Shown here one piece after another: positions 10,601 through 19,032 of a DNA stretch of 64,000 nucleotides; the first letter of the stretch is position 1, and every line of letters begins with the position of its first letter. The translations under genes and the position numbers were made by a program. The notes under the pieces are model-generated. The model did no database searches and had not been told where the DNA came from. It saw nothing but the letters and a program-made list of their open reading frames with translations. Origin of the DNA: an uncultured Verrucomicrobia subdivision 3 bacterium (lineage in GTDB: Bacteria > Verrucomicrobiota > Verrucomicrobiia > Limisphaerales > UBA11358); the NCBI GenBank assembly GCA_903944085.1, contig CAJAQO010000198.1:3625-67624 (forward strand), given 5' to 3'.

Positions 10601-12586
10601 GGACTCAATGGTCTGCCGATCACGGGTGACAGCAACAGTGTCAGCGTCGTCTATAACGGAACTAATTCATCGCCCGTCGGCCAGATTGTCCTCAATGAAA
10701 TCATGTATGCGCCGACGGTTAATAACGCGCAGTTTGTCGAACTTTATAATAGCTCCAGTAACATGATGTTTGACCTGTCGGGTTGGCAATTACAGGGGCT
10801 GGGTTACACTTTCCCGAATGGCTCGACTCTCGCGCCGACCAATTATTTGGTGCTGGCGGCAAATGGCGCGGCGTTCGCTGGCGCGTATGGCGCGACTAAT
10901 CCGGTGTTTGACACTTTTGACGGCACTTTATCCGCCAATGGGGAAACGCTTACGTTGACGACTTCCAGCAATCTGACGGTGACCAAGGTGAGATATGCCA
11001 ATCAACTGCCTTGGCCGACGAACGCCAACGGCACCGGTGCGTCCTTGCAGTTGATGGACTCGCGACAGGACAACTGGCGCGTCGGCAATTGGTCCGCGAC
11101 AACCCGGTCTGCCACGCCCAGTTGGCGGAACAATGGGGCAACTTTGTTGGCTCCATTTCCATCGTTGTGGCTTAATGAAGTGCAGGCCGACAATTTGAAC
11201 GGCATCACCAACCGCATCGGCCAGCACACGGGTTGGCTAGAACTTTACAATCCCGGCACCAATGGCATTTCATTGAACGGACTCTATCTGGCCGATAACT
11301 ATACCAACCTGTTGCAGTGGTCATTCCCGACGAATGCCAGCATCGGCGCCGGCCAGTTCAAGGTGATTTTTGCTGACGCACTCACCAACCTTTCGACGAC
11401 CAACGAATGGCACACCAGTTTTGTGCTGCCGAGTGGCACCGGTTCGCTGGCCTTGACCCGGCTGGCTACCAACGGCCAGCCGCAGGTGCTCGACTATCTG
11501 GACTACCAAAATGTTTATCCGAACGATTCCTATGGTTCGTTTCCTGATGGACAAAGTTTCTACCGTCAGGAATTTTTCCAGCCGACGCCGGGCGCTCTCA
11601 ATAATGCCACCGCCACGCCGCCGGCTTCTTTTATTAATTATACTTCGCCCAGTTCCGTCTATAGTCAAAATTTTGACACGTTGCCCGATCCGGGCGCGGC
11701 TTCGGTAAACAGCGCCAATACGGTGACTATCAATGGTGTCACTTACTCGCTGGCCAATCCTTATGATTTCGCCTTCCCGGCCGTGGTCAGCGGCAGCAGC
11801 GGCGGCCTAGGCATCTCCACGCTGGCCGGCTGGTGTGGTAAGAGTATTTTGGAAACCCGCTTTGGAGCGACGGATGGCGATCAAACCTCGGGAGGGCAGA
11901 TCAGCTTTGGTTTGCCCAGCAGTTCCAACCGGGCCTTGGGTCTGCTGGCGACCAGCACTACGGGCGCCACTGCTTTTGGCGTGCGGATCATCAACGGAAC
12001 CGGCATTACATTGACGCGGATGAACCTTCAGTTTACCGGTGAGGTCTGGCGGCAATCCAATCTGCCCAAGACCCTGCAATTTTATTATTTCGTTGATGTG
12101 ACTGGCACCAACACCTTCAGCACCAACCAGACGGCGGCGATTCCCGCCTTGAATGTGAGCTTGCCCACTGCGTCGGCGGATGTGAACGGCGTGGCCGTGG
12201 ACGGCACTTCGCCGCTCAACCAAACTAATTTGAGCGTGTTGGATCAGCCTATCACCAACTGGTCGCCGGGCGCAGCTTTGTGGCTGGTGTGGCAGATGAG
12301 CGATGCCACGGGGAAGGCCCAGGGTTTGGCTATTGATAATCTCAGCTTCTCCGCCAGCATTCCGCTGTCCGTGCCGCTGAACATCCAAACTTCTGGCACC
12401 AATCTCTGGCTGAACTGGCCGGCGGCGGCAGGTCAAACCTATCAATTGGAATACAAAGACAATCTCGCGTCGCCGGTCTGGACCCCGCTGGGCGGTCCGG
12501 TGACCGGAACGGGTGCGAGCCTGACGCTGACCAACAATTTTGGCGCCTCGCCGCAACGATTTTTCCGGTTGCGGCTGGTGAATTAG
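4601..12586 (+). CDS. Giant secreted protein: 2 novel repeat domains, Ig, beta-sandwich, 5 lamin-tail domains, CotH-like kinase domain, C-terminal FFR domain
   Basis: GTG start and signal peptide. LTD starts VISEIMY/VINEIL/VINELMY/VLNEIMY/WLNEVQ with xVELYN motifs. CotH-like REQLA...VYVNG...MEDTQ...GNFDAY...QNLY...LMWDFN at ~9230-10390. Confidence 0.8.
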   Translation: MNKLKLSKIKIVVGFAFLGALMFVNPTSAQLTVMTTNQQGALPLTPTWTPATDSLIGGLVPSTALGNFSEEAIGRNVNSLTSGGALTITSTMNSGGSGTTAGTNYVTCGNAAGAGSTVIYTLPVSIYGYNLTNITVYSGWQDNGRDAQAYTVSYATVVNPTVFTVLTSVNYNPSVPGSTASANRVILADAAGGLIASNTAAVKFDFTSPSSENGYCGYGAITVEGIAATNVTGPIIVITTSNQNSSVSFIPTWTIETNNLIAGKMPSSIGAGNFTIESGVSGVSALTDGTFGAVDNKASYATCGSLGGQLVTYTIGGATIANIVIYSGWPDQNRDGQFYNITYSTVSAPTTFIPLTSVNYNPAVTGISANRVAIANNNGMPLATNVAFITFDFTPQDSSTDYGYSGYAEIVVGGVAPPQVAIPTASPSTNFFVGSLVVLSESAQGLAPFYYHWQTNGTVLPGATNSSLTLSNLTLAASGNYSVIVSNDYGAATSAPVRLSVTLDTNPPVVLRVFNLGPTNVEVDFSKMIEAASATNLANYHFTNGLAIATAALTINNSSVLLTMAPVVYGTNYSLVINGIRDRAIPPNTIVTNTQVSFTASPFAPLDIGNPAIASADIYTGSGVIINSAGTLIGGNSDQFNFEYELQTGNFDVSVCVAGLGLSDLWAQAGLMARASLDASSPFAAALATPSLNGEFFNARLTTNGAASTSGSFPVNYPNTWLRLNRVGNVFTGFGSYDGTNWTQLGSVTIGMPAQIYLGLAVASHSSSQLTTAQFVNYENTPAGAVLAATANPHEPLGPSSRKTGIVISEIMYKPAPRTDSNNVEFLEIYNSNPFFQDISSYQVTCADMSYKFPANTLIPGGGFFVLAASPQGIQNVYGLTTNVFGPYTGSLKKTETIQVLDEQSNVLLTVPYANVNPWPVAADGTGHSIVLANPTYGEEDPRAWDISDVVGGSPDQMESFRPSPLRNVVINEILPHSENPALPQFVELYNHSTNLVDVSGCILTDDPATNKFVIPFGTVISPAGFVSFTQPQLGFTLNGAGETLYFIKPDHSRVLDAVQFGPQANGVSYGRWPDGANDFYALTTNTPGTNNSAIVVGDIVINELMYDPISGNDADQYIELYNKGTNAVNLAGWQFTAGVTFTFPSVTIAPNGYLVIAQNMTNLFAKYTNLNSGNTVGNYSGKLSHSGELLVLAMPQTLYTNTIILVAEDQVAYGVGGRWGEWSSGGGSSLELVDPHSNHRLAANWADSDESQKSVWVDIENTGVLDNGANYDPSIDYAQIGPLDVGECLVDNIEVDYNGSNYVSNGTFEGSAGVANWSFQGCMVRSSLENSGYGGGGHSLHIRCSDRLWTGVNSCQVTLNANSMAAGQTATLRFKARWLHGWPEALLRLNGNWLEAAGAMPVPTNLGSPGAPNSRFSPNAGPAIYNVNHTPSLPAANQAAVVSAQVHDPDAITNLTLYYRLDPATTYTAVPMNDNGMGGDAIAGDGVFSAAIPGQSANTIAAFYISATDTSGAVTRFPAIRANDNEPVREGLVMFGDGTPGGSFGVYHLWITQSNANRWASLSDLSNEGNDCTFVNDSRVIYNLQGRFAGSPAHQEFDTPTGNLCHYKWIFNDDDKFLGATSFNKIHQPGNSPGDDPSIQREQLANTFLHTLGVPWLYKRYAAVYVNGNRRGTLMEDTQVPDGDIVKEHFPNDTGGFLYKMQPWFEMAPFPSGSSIGVDLQSWCCLMPYTTTGGMKKASRYRYMFELRRAPDSDSDFTNVYSLVDAASSYGTPNYVANMENLANMENWMRVFAANHAAGNFDAYGSQNAQNLYGYIGTLGTKYSLLMWDFNIVIGVPGVGYSAWAPGQNLFTVNGADANTQNIYNEPTFRRMYWRALQELVNGPLNTANSGPLVTAKYNAFVANGLSVENPAVNIEPWLSQAQSSIALQLAAVNAASFAVNTTVTTCNNMAYVTGQAPVNVATVWINDVAYPLTWITLTNWVVKLPLASGTNQLSVVGVGLNGLPITGDSNSVSVVYNGTNSSPVGQIVLNEIMYAPTVNNAQFVELYNSSSNMMFDLSGWQLQGLGYTFPNGSTLAPTNYLVLAANGAAFAGAYGATNPVFDTFDGTLSANGETLTLTTSSNLTVTKVRYANQLPWPTNANGTGASLQLMDSRQDNWRVGNWSATTRSATPSWRNNGATLLAPFPSLWLNEVQADNLNGITNRIGQHTGWLELYNPGTNGISLNGLYLADNYTNLLQWSFPTNASIGAGQFKVIFADALTNLSTTNEWHTSFVLPSGTGSLALTRLATNGQPQVLDYLDYQNVYPNDSYGSFPDGQSFYRQEFFQPTPGALNNATATPPASFINYTSPSSVYSQNFDTLPDPGAASVNSANTVTINGVTYSLANPYDFAFPAVVSGSSGGLGISTLAGWCGKSILETRFGATDGDQTSGGQISFGLPSSSNRALGLLATSTTGATAFGVRIINGTGITLTRMNLQFTGEVWRQSNLPKTLQFYYFVDVTGTNTFSTNQTAAIPALNVSLPTASADVNGVAVDGTSPLNQTNLSVLDQPITNWSPGAALWLVWQMSDATGKAQGLAIDNLSFSASIPLSVPLNIQTSGTNLWLNWPAAAGQTYQLEYKDNLASPVWTPLGGPVTGTGASLTLTNNFGASPQRFFRLRLVN

Positions 12587-12709
12587 CGGAGCAGGCCGGG
12601 CTAACGTGGAGCATTTGCAAGCGGTTTTAATGGAATTATCGGGCAATTTGCCAATGTTATTGCTGCGGATGTGATAACACAAATCAAACCGGCGCGCGTG
12701 GGAGCGAGC

Positions 12710-12753
12710 CTCACCGGTTTCGGTGATGACATTTTAACCATGTTTGGGGATAG
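12710..12753. promoter_or_regulatory. Putative response-regulator operator, copy 1 (tandem 16 bp imperfect palindromes)
   Basis: CTCACCGGTTTCGGTGATG-N8-ACCATGTTTGGGGATAG. The first 19 bp are identical to 25749-25767, and the downstream ACCATGT and ATAG sit at the same offsets. Confidence 0.7.
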
Positions 12754-12955
12754 GCTTTTACCAGTTTTAGCTTACAGTTGTTAAAACTAATAAAAAACGC
12801 AGCCCTCCGAGGGATTTATCCTGAGGATCACTGCGTTTGCCGACAAAACCAAACATTAATCATTGCCAAGCCCGGCCGGTTAGCAGCCATTCAAGAAACC
12901 ACTGCAGAATCAATCAATTACGCAACTCTGACACCCTAATCCGTTAAATTCAAAT

Positions 12956-15900
12956 ATGAAAAAACTAAAGTTACCCAAATGGAAAATCGCAGGCAGCCTG
13001 GCTTGCTTGGCTCTGCTCATCTTGGCCAGTTCCACCTCGGCGGCTTTGGTCGTGACAGGCGCTTACCAAAACCCTGGAACCAGTTCATTTGACCCCACGG
13101 TCACTTGGACCGTCGCCGCGAATAGTTTGATTCACGGCCTGTCCCCCAGCGGTCAGGCGGGTAATTTCACCGGTGAGGGCAATACTCCCGGGGTCTCGGC
13201 GCTGACCGACGGCACAATTGGTCCAGTGTCAGGCAGCCTCAACATCTACGCAGCGGGTGGTCCTAGCGCGGGCACGCAGGTGACTTATACCCTGCCGGCT
13301 CAAACCTATGGATATAACCTCACGAATATCACCGTTTACAGCGGATGGGCGAATGGTGGCCGCAGCGCGCAAGGCTATACCGTTCTTTATTCCACTGTGG
13401 CCAACCCGACGACTTTCATCTATTTGACCAATGTCACTTACACCGCGGGCTTTAGCGGCAATAATCCAGGGACTCCAATTACTTTGCAGGTGCAGTTGGC
13501 CGACTCAGCCGGGGGAGTGATTGCCGCCAACGTCGCCCAAGTGGAATTTCTGTTTAGCTGGCCGACCGCGCCCAACGGTGAAAACAGTGGTTCCGGCTAT
13601 TCTGAAATCACAGTGCAAGGGACGCCGGCGGCGAACGTGGTTTCGCCGGTGGTTTCGATAACGACTTCAAACCAGAGCGGAGCCAGTCCGTTCACGCCCT
13701 CGTGGACGGCGGAAACGCCCGACTTGATTCTCGGAATGACTCCCAGCACTGCCAGCGGCACTTTCACTTTGGAAACTTCGGGTGGCACTCCGGTTTTAAC
13801 GGACGGCACGATTGGAACTTCCGGCACACATAGCACTTTGGCCACCTGTGGCGCCAATGGCGGCACCACGCTCATCTACACGCTCACCAATGTGGTCAAC
13901 GGAACCGATGTGACCAACATCATCACTTACAGCGGCTGGGGTGATAGTGGCCGTGACGGTCAATATTACATCGTTTCCTACGCCACAATCGCCGCTCCCA
14001 ATGCCTTCATCCCCATCACCACCGTCTATTACCTCCCTTCTTTCCCCAACCCCGCCCCGGCGAACCGGGTGGCCATCGCCATGAACAACGGCAGTGCGCT
14101 CGCCAGCGGCGTGGCCAAAATCAAGTTTGACTTTTCCAGCCCTGCCTATGCGAATAGCTTCAATAACGCCTACCAGGGCTATTCTGAAATCATTGTGCAA
14201 GGCCATGACACCGCTACGCCGCCACCGCCGCCGTCGCCGCTCCTGACCCAGGACATCTTGCCCTCTTACGCCGCGACCATCACAGGTGACCAGGTCGTCT
14301 TCACGGCGACTTACAGCAATTTCCCGCCGGTCAGCTTGCAATGGCAGCAAGTCGTCACCGGTCCAGTGACGAATAACATCAGCACCGGGGTGGTCAATGT
14401 CACCAATAACAATGTCGTGACCTCGACGCTGACGCTTAACAACGTGCAAGTGAACAGCTCTGGCACCTACCGGCTGCAAGGCCTTAATGCGACCAACGGT
14501 GCGGCGGCTCCTTCGTATAGCTCGGGTGCCTCGTTGGTGGTCAGCAGCACTCCAGCTGCAGTGGGCAATATCATCTTTGAAACCACCGAGCAATTGGGTC
14601 TTGGTGCCATTGGCTTGGTCAACCTGAACACAAATTTCTATCCCACCTGGACGGTTAACACTGCCAACGACTTGATTTTGAATTCAACCAGTGGAAGCGG
14701 CCTTGGAACTTTTGTTGCCGGGTCGGGCAATTTCGACATGAATATTCCCGTTTATGGCACCGGTGCTGGACCCCTTGATCCAGACCCAACCATTTTGTCC
14801 GACGGCTCGGGTGGTTATCTTACTTACTGGCCGTCCGTCGGCGGCAATTTCACCCAATGCAGTTGCGGCACTGGCGGAGCCGGTGATACCATGACCTATA
14901 CGCTGAATACGAGTCTGGCGACCTACGGCTTTGACATTACCAACATCACGATTTATGGCGGCTGGGGTGACGCGGGTCGCAATGAGCAGAAATACGAGGT
15001 GCTCTATTCCACGGTGGCGAATCCCACGGTCTTCACCAGTCTGGGAATCTTTGATTACAACCCCACTGATCCGAGCGGTTTGCCGACTGCCACTCGCACG
15101 ATGCTGATTCCCGTGTCGGGCGCGCTGGCCCAAAATGTGGCTCAAGTGGAAATCAATTGGAACGTGGCCTCAGCGCCCAAGAATAATTGGGAAGGCTATT
15201 CTGAAGTTGTGGTGCAGGGCGTCCAATCGCTCAACTATCCGATTTTGCTCCAAGACACCTTGCCGGCTACCGCCGCCACGGTCGTGGGCGACCAGATCAC
15301 CTTCGCGGCGGCGTTCAGCAATGCGCCGGCAGCCAGCCTGCAATGGCAGTTCATCAACACGAATGGCATTGTGAGCGACATCACCGGTGCGACCACCGCG
15401 ACGCTGACGCTCAATAATCTGCAATTGACCAACACCGGTTCCTACCAGTTGAAAGCCGTCAGTATTGCCAACAGCGCGGCCATTTCCTATAGCACAGCCG
15501 CGCCGCTGACTGTCAATGCCGTGCCGGCACCGGTGGGCAACATCATCCTCACTACGGCCAACCAGACGTTTCTGGGGGCTGTTAGTGGCGTCAACCTGAG
15601 CACAAATTATACTCCCACTTGGACCGAAAACACCAACAACGACCTGATTCTAGGTGCAACAGATAGTAGTGCTGGCAGTCCGCCTGGAGATCCCGGAACG
15701 GTCTGGGCTGGTGGGGGCAATTACGCTCCGTCAGGATCAGCCTGCAACGGCGATCCGGTCATTTTGTCCGATGGGTCGATTGGTTATCTAAACTATTGGC
15801 CTGGGATTGGCGGCAATTCAACCTTGGATGCCTGCGGCAATTCCGCCGGATTCTCGGTCACCTACACGCTTCCAGCTTCTGCTACCAATGGCTGGAGCCT

Positions 15901-17971
15901 GACCAATATCACGGTTTATGGTGGCTGGGGGAGCAACGGTCGCGATGAACTGAAATATGAAGTGCTCTATTCCACGATCTCCGCGCCCACCACATTCAAC
16001 CATCTGATCAGCGTGGACTATAACCCGGCCGGAGGTTCTCCCAACTTGCCGTCAGCCAGCCGCACCACGCTGGTGCCAGCCGCAGGGGCGATGGCGCAAA
16101 GTGTTTATGCCGTGGAGTTCAACTTTTTCAATGCCGCGTCGGGCAGTGAGAACGGCTGGAGCGGTTATTCAGAAATCGTCGTGGCCGGGCAACCCTCGCC
16201 GCCCGTGCCGGTTTTGACGACAAACGTCACCCCGACCACGGCCGAGGATGTGGTGGGCAGTTCGTTGACCCTCACGGCAAATTTCAGCGGTGCCGACAGT
16301 TTTCAATGGCTGAAAAACGGGACGAATCTGCCGGGAGCCACAAGTCCGACCCTGACGCTCAAAAACCTGAAGTTATCGGATATGGCGACCAACAGTGGTT
16401 ATAGCTTGGTGGCTTCCAATTCCTCTGGCACGAACATGACCACGTTCTGCAAGGTCTTCGTTGACCCGGCCCCGGCGGCGGTCAGCAACATAGTCACGGC
16501 GATCGCCTACCAGACCTCGACCACGGCTGGTTTTACCCCTACATGGGATACGACCATGCTGGGTTTGAGTTTGATTGCCGGACAAAATCCTCCAATTATT
16601 GACTATGATCAAACCGGCAATTTTCAGGATCCGGATACTGGTGTTCAAGCCCATAACTTGGCCGGTGGTCTGCCGGTGCTGACCGATGGCAACTACGGAG
16701 CATTTGACAATACTGGGGCTCATCCGGCTTTCGCCACCTGTGGACCCGGCGGTTCGGCGCCGGGTGCCGGACAATATGTCATCTATCAACTCGGTAACTA
16801 CACTCCCAGTGCCAACGGCTATGACATTACCAACATCCAGATCGCCGGCGGCTGGAATGACAACGGTCGGAACTCGCAATATTACACCGTATCGTATTCC
16901 ACGGTGGCGAATCCCACCCTGTTCTTTCCAATGATCGTGGAGGCAAATAACCTCAGCTCCGGAAATGCCCTCGGTGGCGGCACCGGGGAGGCGGTGCCTG
17001 CTGGCGCGGGCATTCCGACGACCGTCCGCACCACGTTCACGCCCGCGTCCGGCTTGCTCGCGAGCAATGTTTACGCCATCTATGTTGACTACACCGTGCC
17101 GAACAGCGTGCCGAACGGGTATTCCGGCTACAGTGAAATCAGTGTCTTCGGTTCGCCTTCGGCAACGGCACCGCTCGCCGGACCGGTGATCACCACTCAA
17201 CACGAGGAATATACGGACTCGTTTACGCTGGAAACACCCAACCTGATTGCTAATCAACTGCCCAGCAGCTACGGTCCCGGCATCTTCACGGAAGAGGGAT
17301 GCTCTGAGGCCGGCCTGACCGACGGGGTGCTTAGCTTTGGCGGCGACACTAACAGTGCCAGTTGCGGTGATGACGGTATTGCTGTCCCCTGGATTGTCTT
17401 CACGCCCACCAATGGCAGTTGGAACCTCACCAACATCGTGGTTTACACATTATGGCACGATTACGGACGCGATGGTCAGTTCTATAACGTCAGCTATTCG
17501 ACGCTGTCGAGTCCCACGACGTTCCTGCCGCTGGCCAGTGTGGCTTACAATCCGTTTGTAATTCATGATGGGCGCGCTTCCGGTAACCGGGTGGAGATTG
17601 CTCCCCCGGTGGGACAGGCCATGCTCGCCACCAATGTGGCGGCGTTGAAGTTTGACTTCACCCCGCAAGGGGTTCAGGACTTCGGTTGGTCCGGTTATAC
17701 TGAAATCATATTGCAAGGCACCAATCTGCCGTCGACGGTTGTGACGGCGCCGATACTTGGCGCACCCAAGGTTTCGGGCGGCAATCTGATTCTGACGGGC
17801 ACCGGCGGCACGCCGGGCGCAGGTTACACCTGGCTGACCACGACCAACCTGGCATCGCCGATCCTCTGGACGACGAACAGCACCGGCAATCTGGATGGCG
17901 CGGGTGCCTTCAGCAACTCCATTCCGATTGGTGCCAGTCCGGACAGGTTCTTCCGTCTGCGGTTGCCATGA
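12956..17971 (+). CDS. Secreted non-catalytic protein: 6 novel repeat domains, 3 Ig-like domains, C-terminal FFR domain
   Basis: Signal peptide; six copies of L[TS]DG...(G)W-x-x-x-GR...GY[ST]E[IV]xxxG; Ig segments (LQWQ/FQWLKNG...ATxxTLTLxN); no catalytic motif recognised. Confidence 0.8.
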   Translation: MKKLKLPKWKIAGSLACLALLILASSTSAALVVTGAYQNPGTSSFDPTVTWTVAANSLIHGLSPSGQAGNFTGEGNTPGVSALTDGTIGPVSGSLNIYAAGGPSAGTQVTYTLPAQTYGYNLTNITVYSGWANGGRSAQGYTVLYSTVANPTTFIYLTNVTYTAGFSGNNPGTPITLQVQLADSAGGVIAANVAQVEFLFSWPTAPNGENSGSGYSEITVQGTPAANVVSPVVSITTSNQSGASPFTPSWTAETPDLILGMTPSTASGTFTLETSGGTPVLTDGTIGTSGTHSTLATCGANGGTTLIYTLTNVVNGTDVTNIITYSGWGDSGRDGQYYIVSYATIAAPNAFIPITTVYYLPSFPNPAPANRVAIAMNNGSALASGVAKIKFDFSSPAYANSFNNAYQGYSEIIVQGHDTATPPPPPSPLLTQDILPSYAATITGDQVVFTATYSNFPPVSLQWQQVVTGPVTNNISTGVVNVTNNNVVTSTLTLNNVQVNSSGTYRLQGLNATNGAAAPSYSSGASLVVSSTPAAVGNIIFETTEQLGLGAIGLVNLNTNFYPTWTVNTANDLILNSTSGSGLGTFVAGSGNFDMNIPVYGTGAGPLDPDPTILSDGSGGYLTYWPSVGGNFTQCSCGTGGAGDTMTYTLNTSLATYGFDITNITIYGGWGDAGRNEQKYEVLYSTVANPTVFTSLGIFDYNPTDPSGLPTATRTMLIPVSGALAQNVAQVEINWNVASAPKNNWEGYSEVVVQGVQSLNYPILLQDTLPATAATVVGDQITFAAAFSNAPAASLQWQFINTNGIVSDITGATTATLTLNNLQLTNTGSYQLKAVSIANSAAISYSTAAPLTVNAVPAPVGNIILTTANQTFLGAVSGVNLSTNYTPTWTENTNNDLILGATDSSAGSPPGDPGTVWAGGGNYAPSGSACNGDPVILSDGSIGYLNYWPGIGGNSTLDACGNSAGFSVTYTLPASATNGWSLTNITVYGGWGSNGRDELKYEVLYSTISAPTTFNHLISVDYNPAGGSPNLPSASRTTLVPAAGAMAQSVYAVEFNFFNAASGSENGWSGYSEIVVAGQPSPPVPVLTTNVTPTTAEDVVGSSLTLTANFSGADSFQWLKNGTNLPGATSPTLTLKNLKLSDMATNSGYSLVASNSSGTNMTTFCKVFVDPAPAAVSNIVTAIAYQTSTTAGFTPTWDTTMLGLSLIAGQNPPIIDYDQTGNFQDPDTGVQAHNLAGGLPVLTDGNYGAFDNTGAHPAFATCGPGGSAPGAGQYVIYQLGNYTPSANGYDITNIQIAGGWNDNGRNSQYYTVSYSTVANPTLFFPMIVEANNLSSGNALGGGTGEAVPAGAGIPTTVRTTFTPASGLLASNVYAIYVDYTVPNSVPNGYSGYSEISVFGSPSATAPLAGPVITTQHEEYTDSFTLETPNLIANQLPSSYGPGIFTEEGCSEAGLTDGVLSFGGDTNSASCGDDGIAVPWIVFTPTNGSWNLTNIVVYTLWHDYGRDGQFYNVSYSTLSSPTTFLPLASVAYNPFVIHDGRASGNRVEIAPPVGQAMLATNVAALKFDFTPQGVQDFGWSGYTEIILQGTNLPSTVVTAPILGAPKVSGGNLILTGTGGTPGAGYTWLTTTNLASPILWTTNSTGNLDGAGAFSNSIPIGASPDRFFRLRLP

Positions 17972-17996
17972 AGTTAGGCTGAGTTGAAGTTGTAAA

Positions 17997-18030
17997 GCCC
18001 GGGGACGCATTCGTCCCCGGGCAATTTTGT
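17997..18030 (+). terminator. Intrinsic terminator-like hairpin
   Basis: GCCCGGGGACG-CATT-CGTCCCCGGGC perfect 11 bp stem followed by AATTTTGT, 25 bp after the stop at 17971. Confidence 0.7.
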
Positions 18031-18110
18031 TCAGGCGCAGATTGTTTTTGAAGTATTGATAATACAGGGATTGTTGCAGTTCATAAATAAAGCGGCTACA
18101 TTTGCAAATC

Positions 18111-18956
18111 ATGAAAAAACTGAGATCGGCCAAAGCGGTGAAGCGGGCCTTTACCTTGATCGAACTGCTGGTGGTGATTGCCATCATCGCCATTCTCGCG
18201 GCCATGCTCCTGCCGGCGCTGTCCAAGGCCAAAGCGAAGGCGAATGGCATTAGCTGCATCAGCAATTTGAAGCAGCTCACGCTGGGAGCTCATGTGTATG
18301 CGGCCGACTTTCGCGACGCGATCATTATCAACACCTCCAGTTCAACTGCTAACACCTGGGTGTTGGGCAATGTTGGTGGCAGCACATTCACTACAGACTG
18401 GACCAATACCGCGCTCATCAGCGCCTCCCTGCTTTTTCCCTCGTGCAGTTCCCTGGGCTGCTACCATTGCCCGGGAGACAAGGCCTATGTCAACGGAACC
18501 ATCCTGCCACGCGCTCGCAGTTATTCGATGAATGGCATGATGGGGGACAACGGCCCGACCCTCCGGGCGGCGGCAAACAATCCGCATCCGGGGATCATGG
18601 AAAATCTCAAGTTCTCCTCCGTCCGCGATCCAAGTCCTTCGGCGGCGTCACTATTCGTTGACGAACAGACGGATGCTTCTTCGGCGGCAAATAACAGCCT
18701 GGATGACGGCTACTACGCCGTTAATTTCACCGATACTGGCCGGACTTGGCGCAATTGTCCGGCGAGTCGGCATGGTAATTATGGACAATTTTCTTTTGCG
18801 GACGGTCACGCGGGAATAATGAAATGGGTTGAACCGAATACCCGCAATCTGCAAGGGCTGGATGACAGCACCCACGGGCAATTTAAGGACCGGGATCTGC
18901 ACCAGGTATGGTTATCAACTTATTCCGCAAGTGCTCCCGGCAACCCCTGGCCGTAA
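18111..18956 (+). CDS. Prepilin-type N-terminal cleavage/methylation protein with H-X9-DG C-terminal motif (DUF1559-like)
   Basis: [50 protein letters not shown], and [12 protein letters not shown]. Confidence 0.92.
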   Translation: MKKLRSAKAVKRAFTLIELLVVIAIIAILAAMLLPALSKAKAKANGISCISNLKQLTLGAHVYAADFRDAIIINTSSSTANTWVLGNVGGSTFTTDWTNTALISASLLFPSCSSLGCYHCPGDKAYVNGTILPRARSYSMNGMMGDNGPTLRAAANNPHPGIMENLKFSSVRDPSPSAASLFVDEQTDASSAANNSLDDGYYAVNFTDTGRTWRNCPASRHGNYGQFSFADGHAGIMKWVEPNTRNLQGLDDSTHGQFKDRDLHQVWLSTYSASAPGNPWP

Positions 18957-19032
18957 ACAACCGTTTGCTATCGGCGCGATCTCTGCTTCGTCCCCGCTTG
19001 CATGCTGCGGCTGATTTAATGCGCGACATTTC

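Noticed and set aside
12956-17971. Cohesin/dockerin (cellulosome) interpretation of the repeat protein
   Set aside because: No dockerin EF-hand duplications were seen, and the enzymes carry the same domain as the scaffold, not a complementary one.
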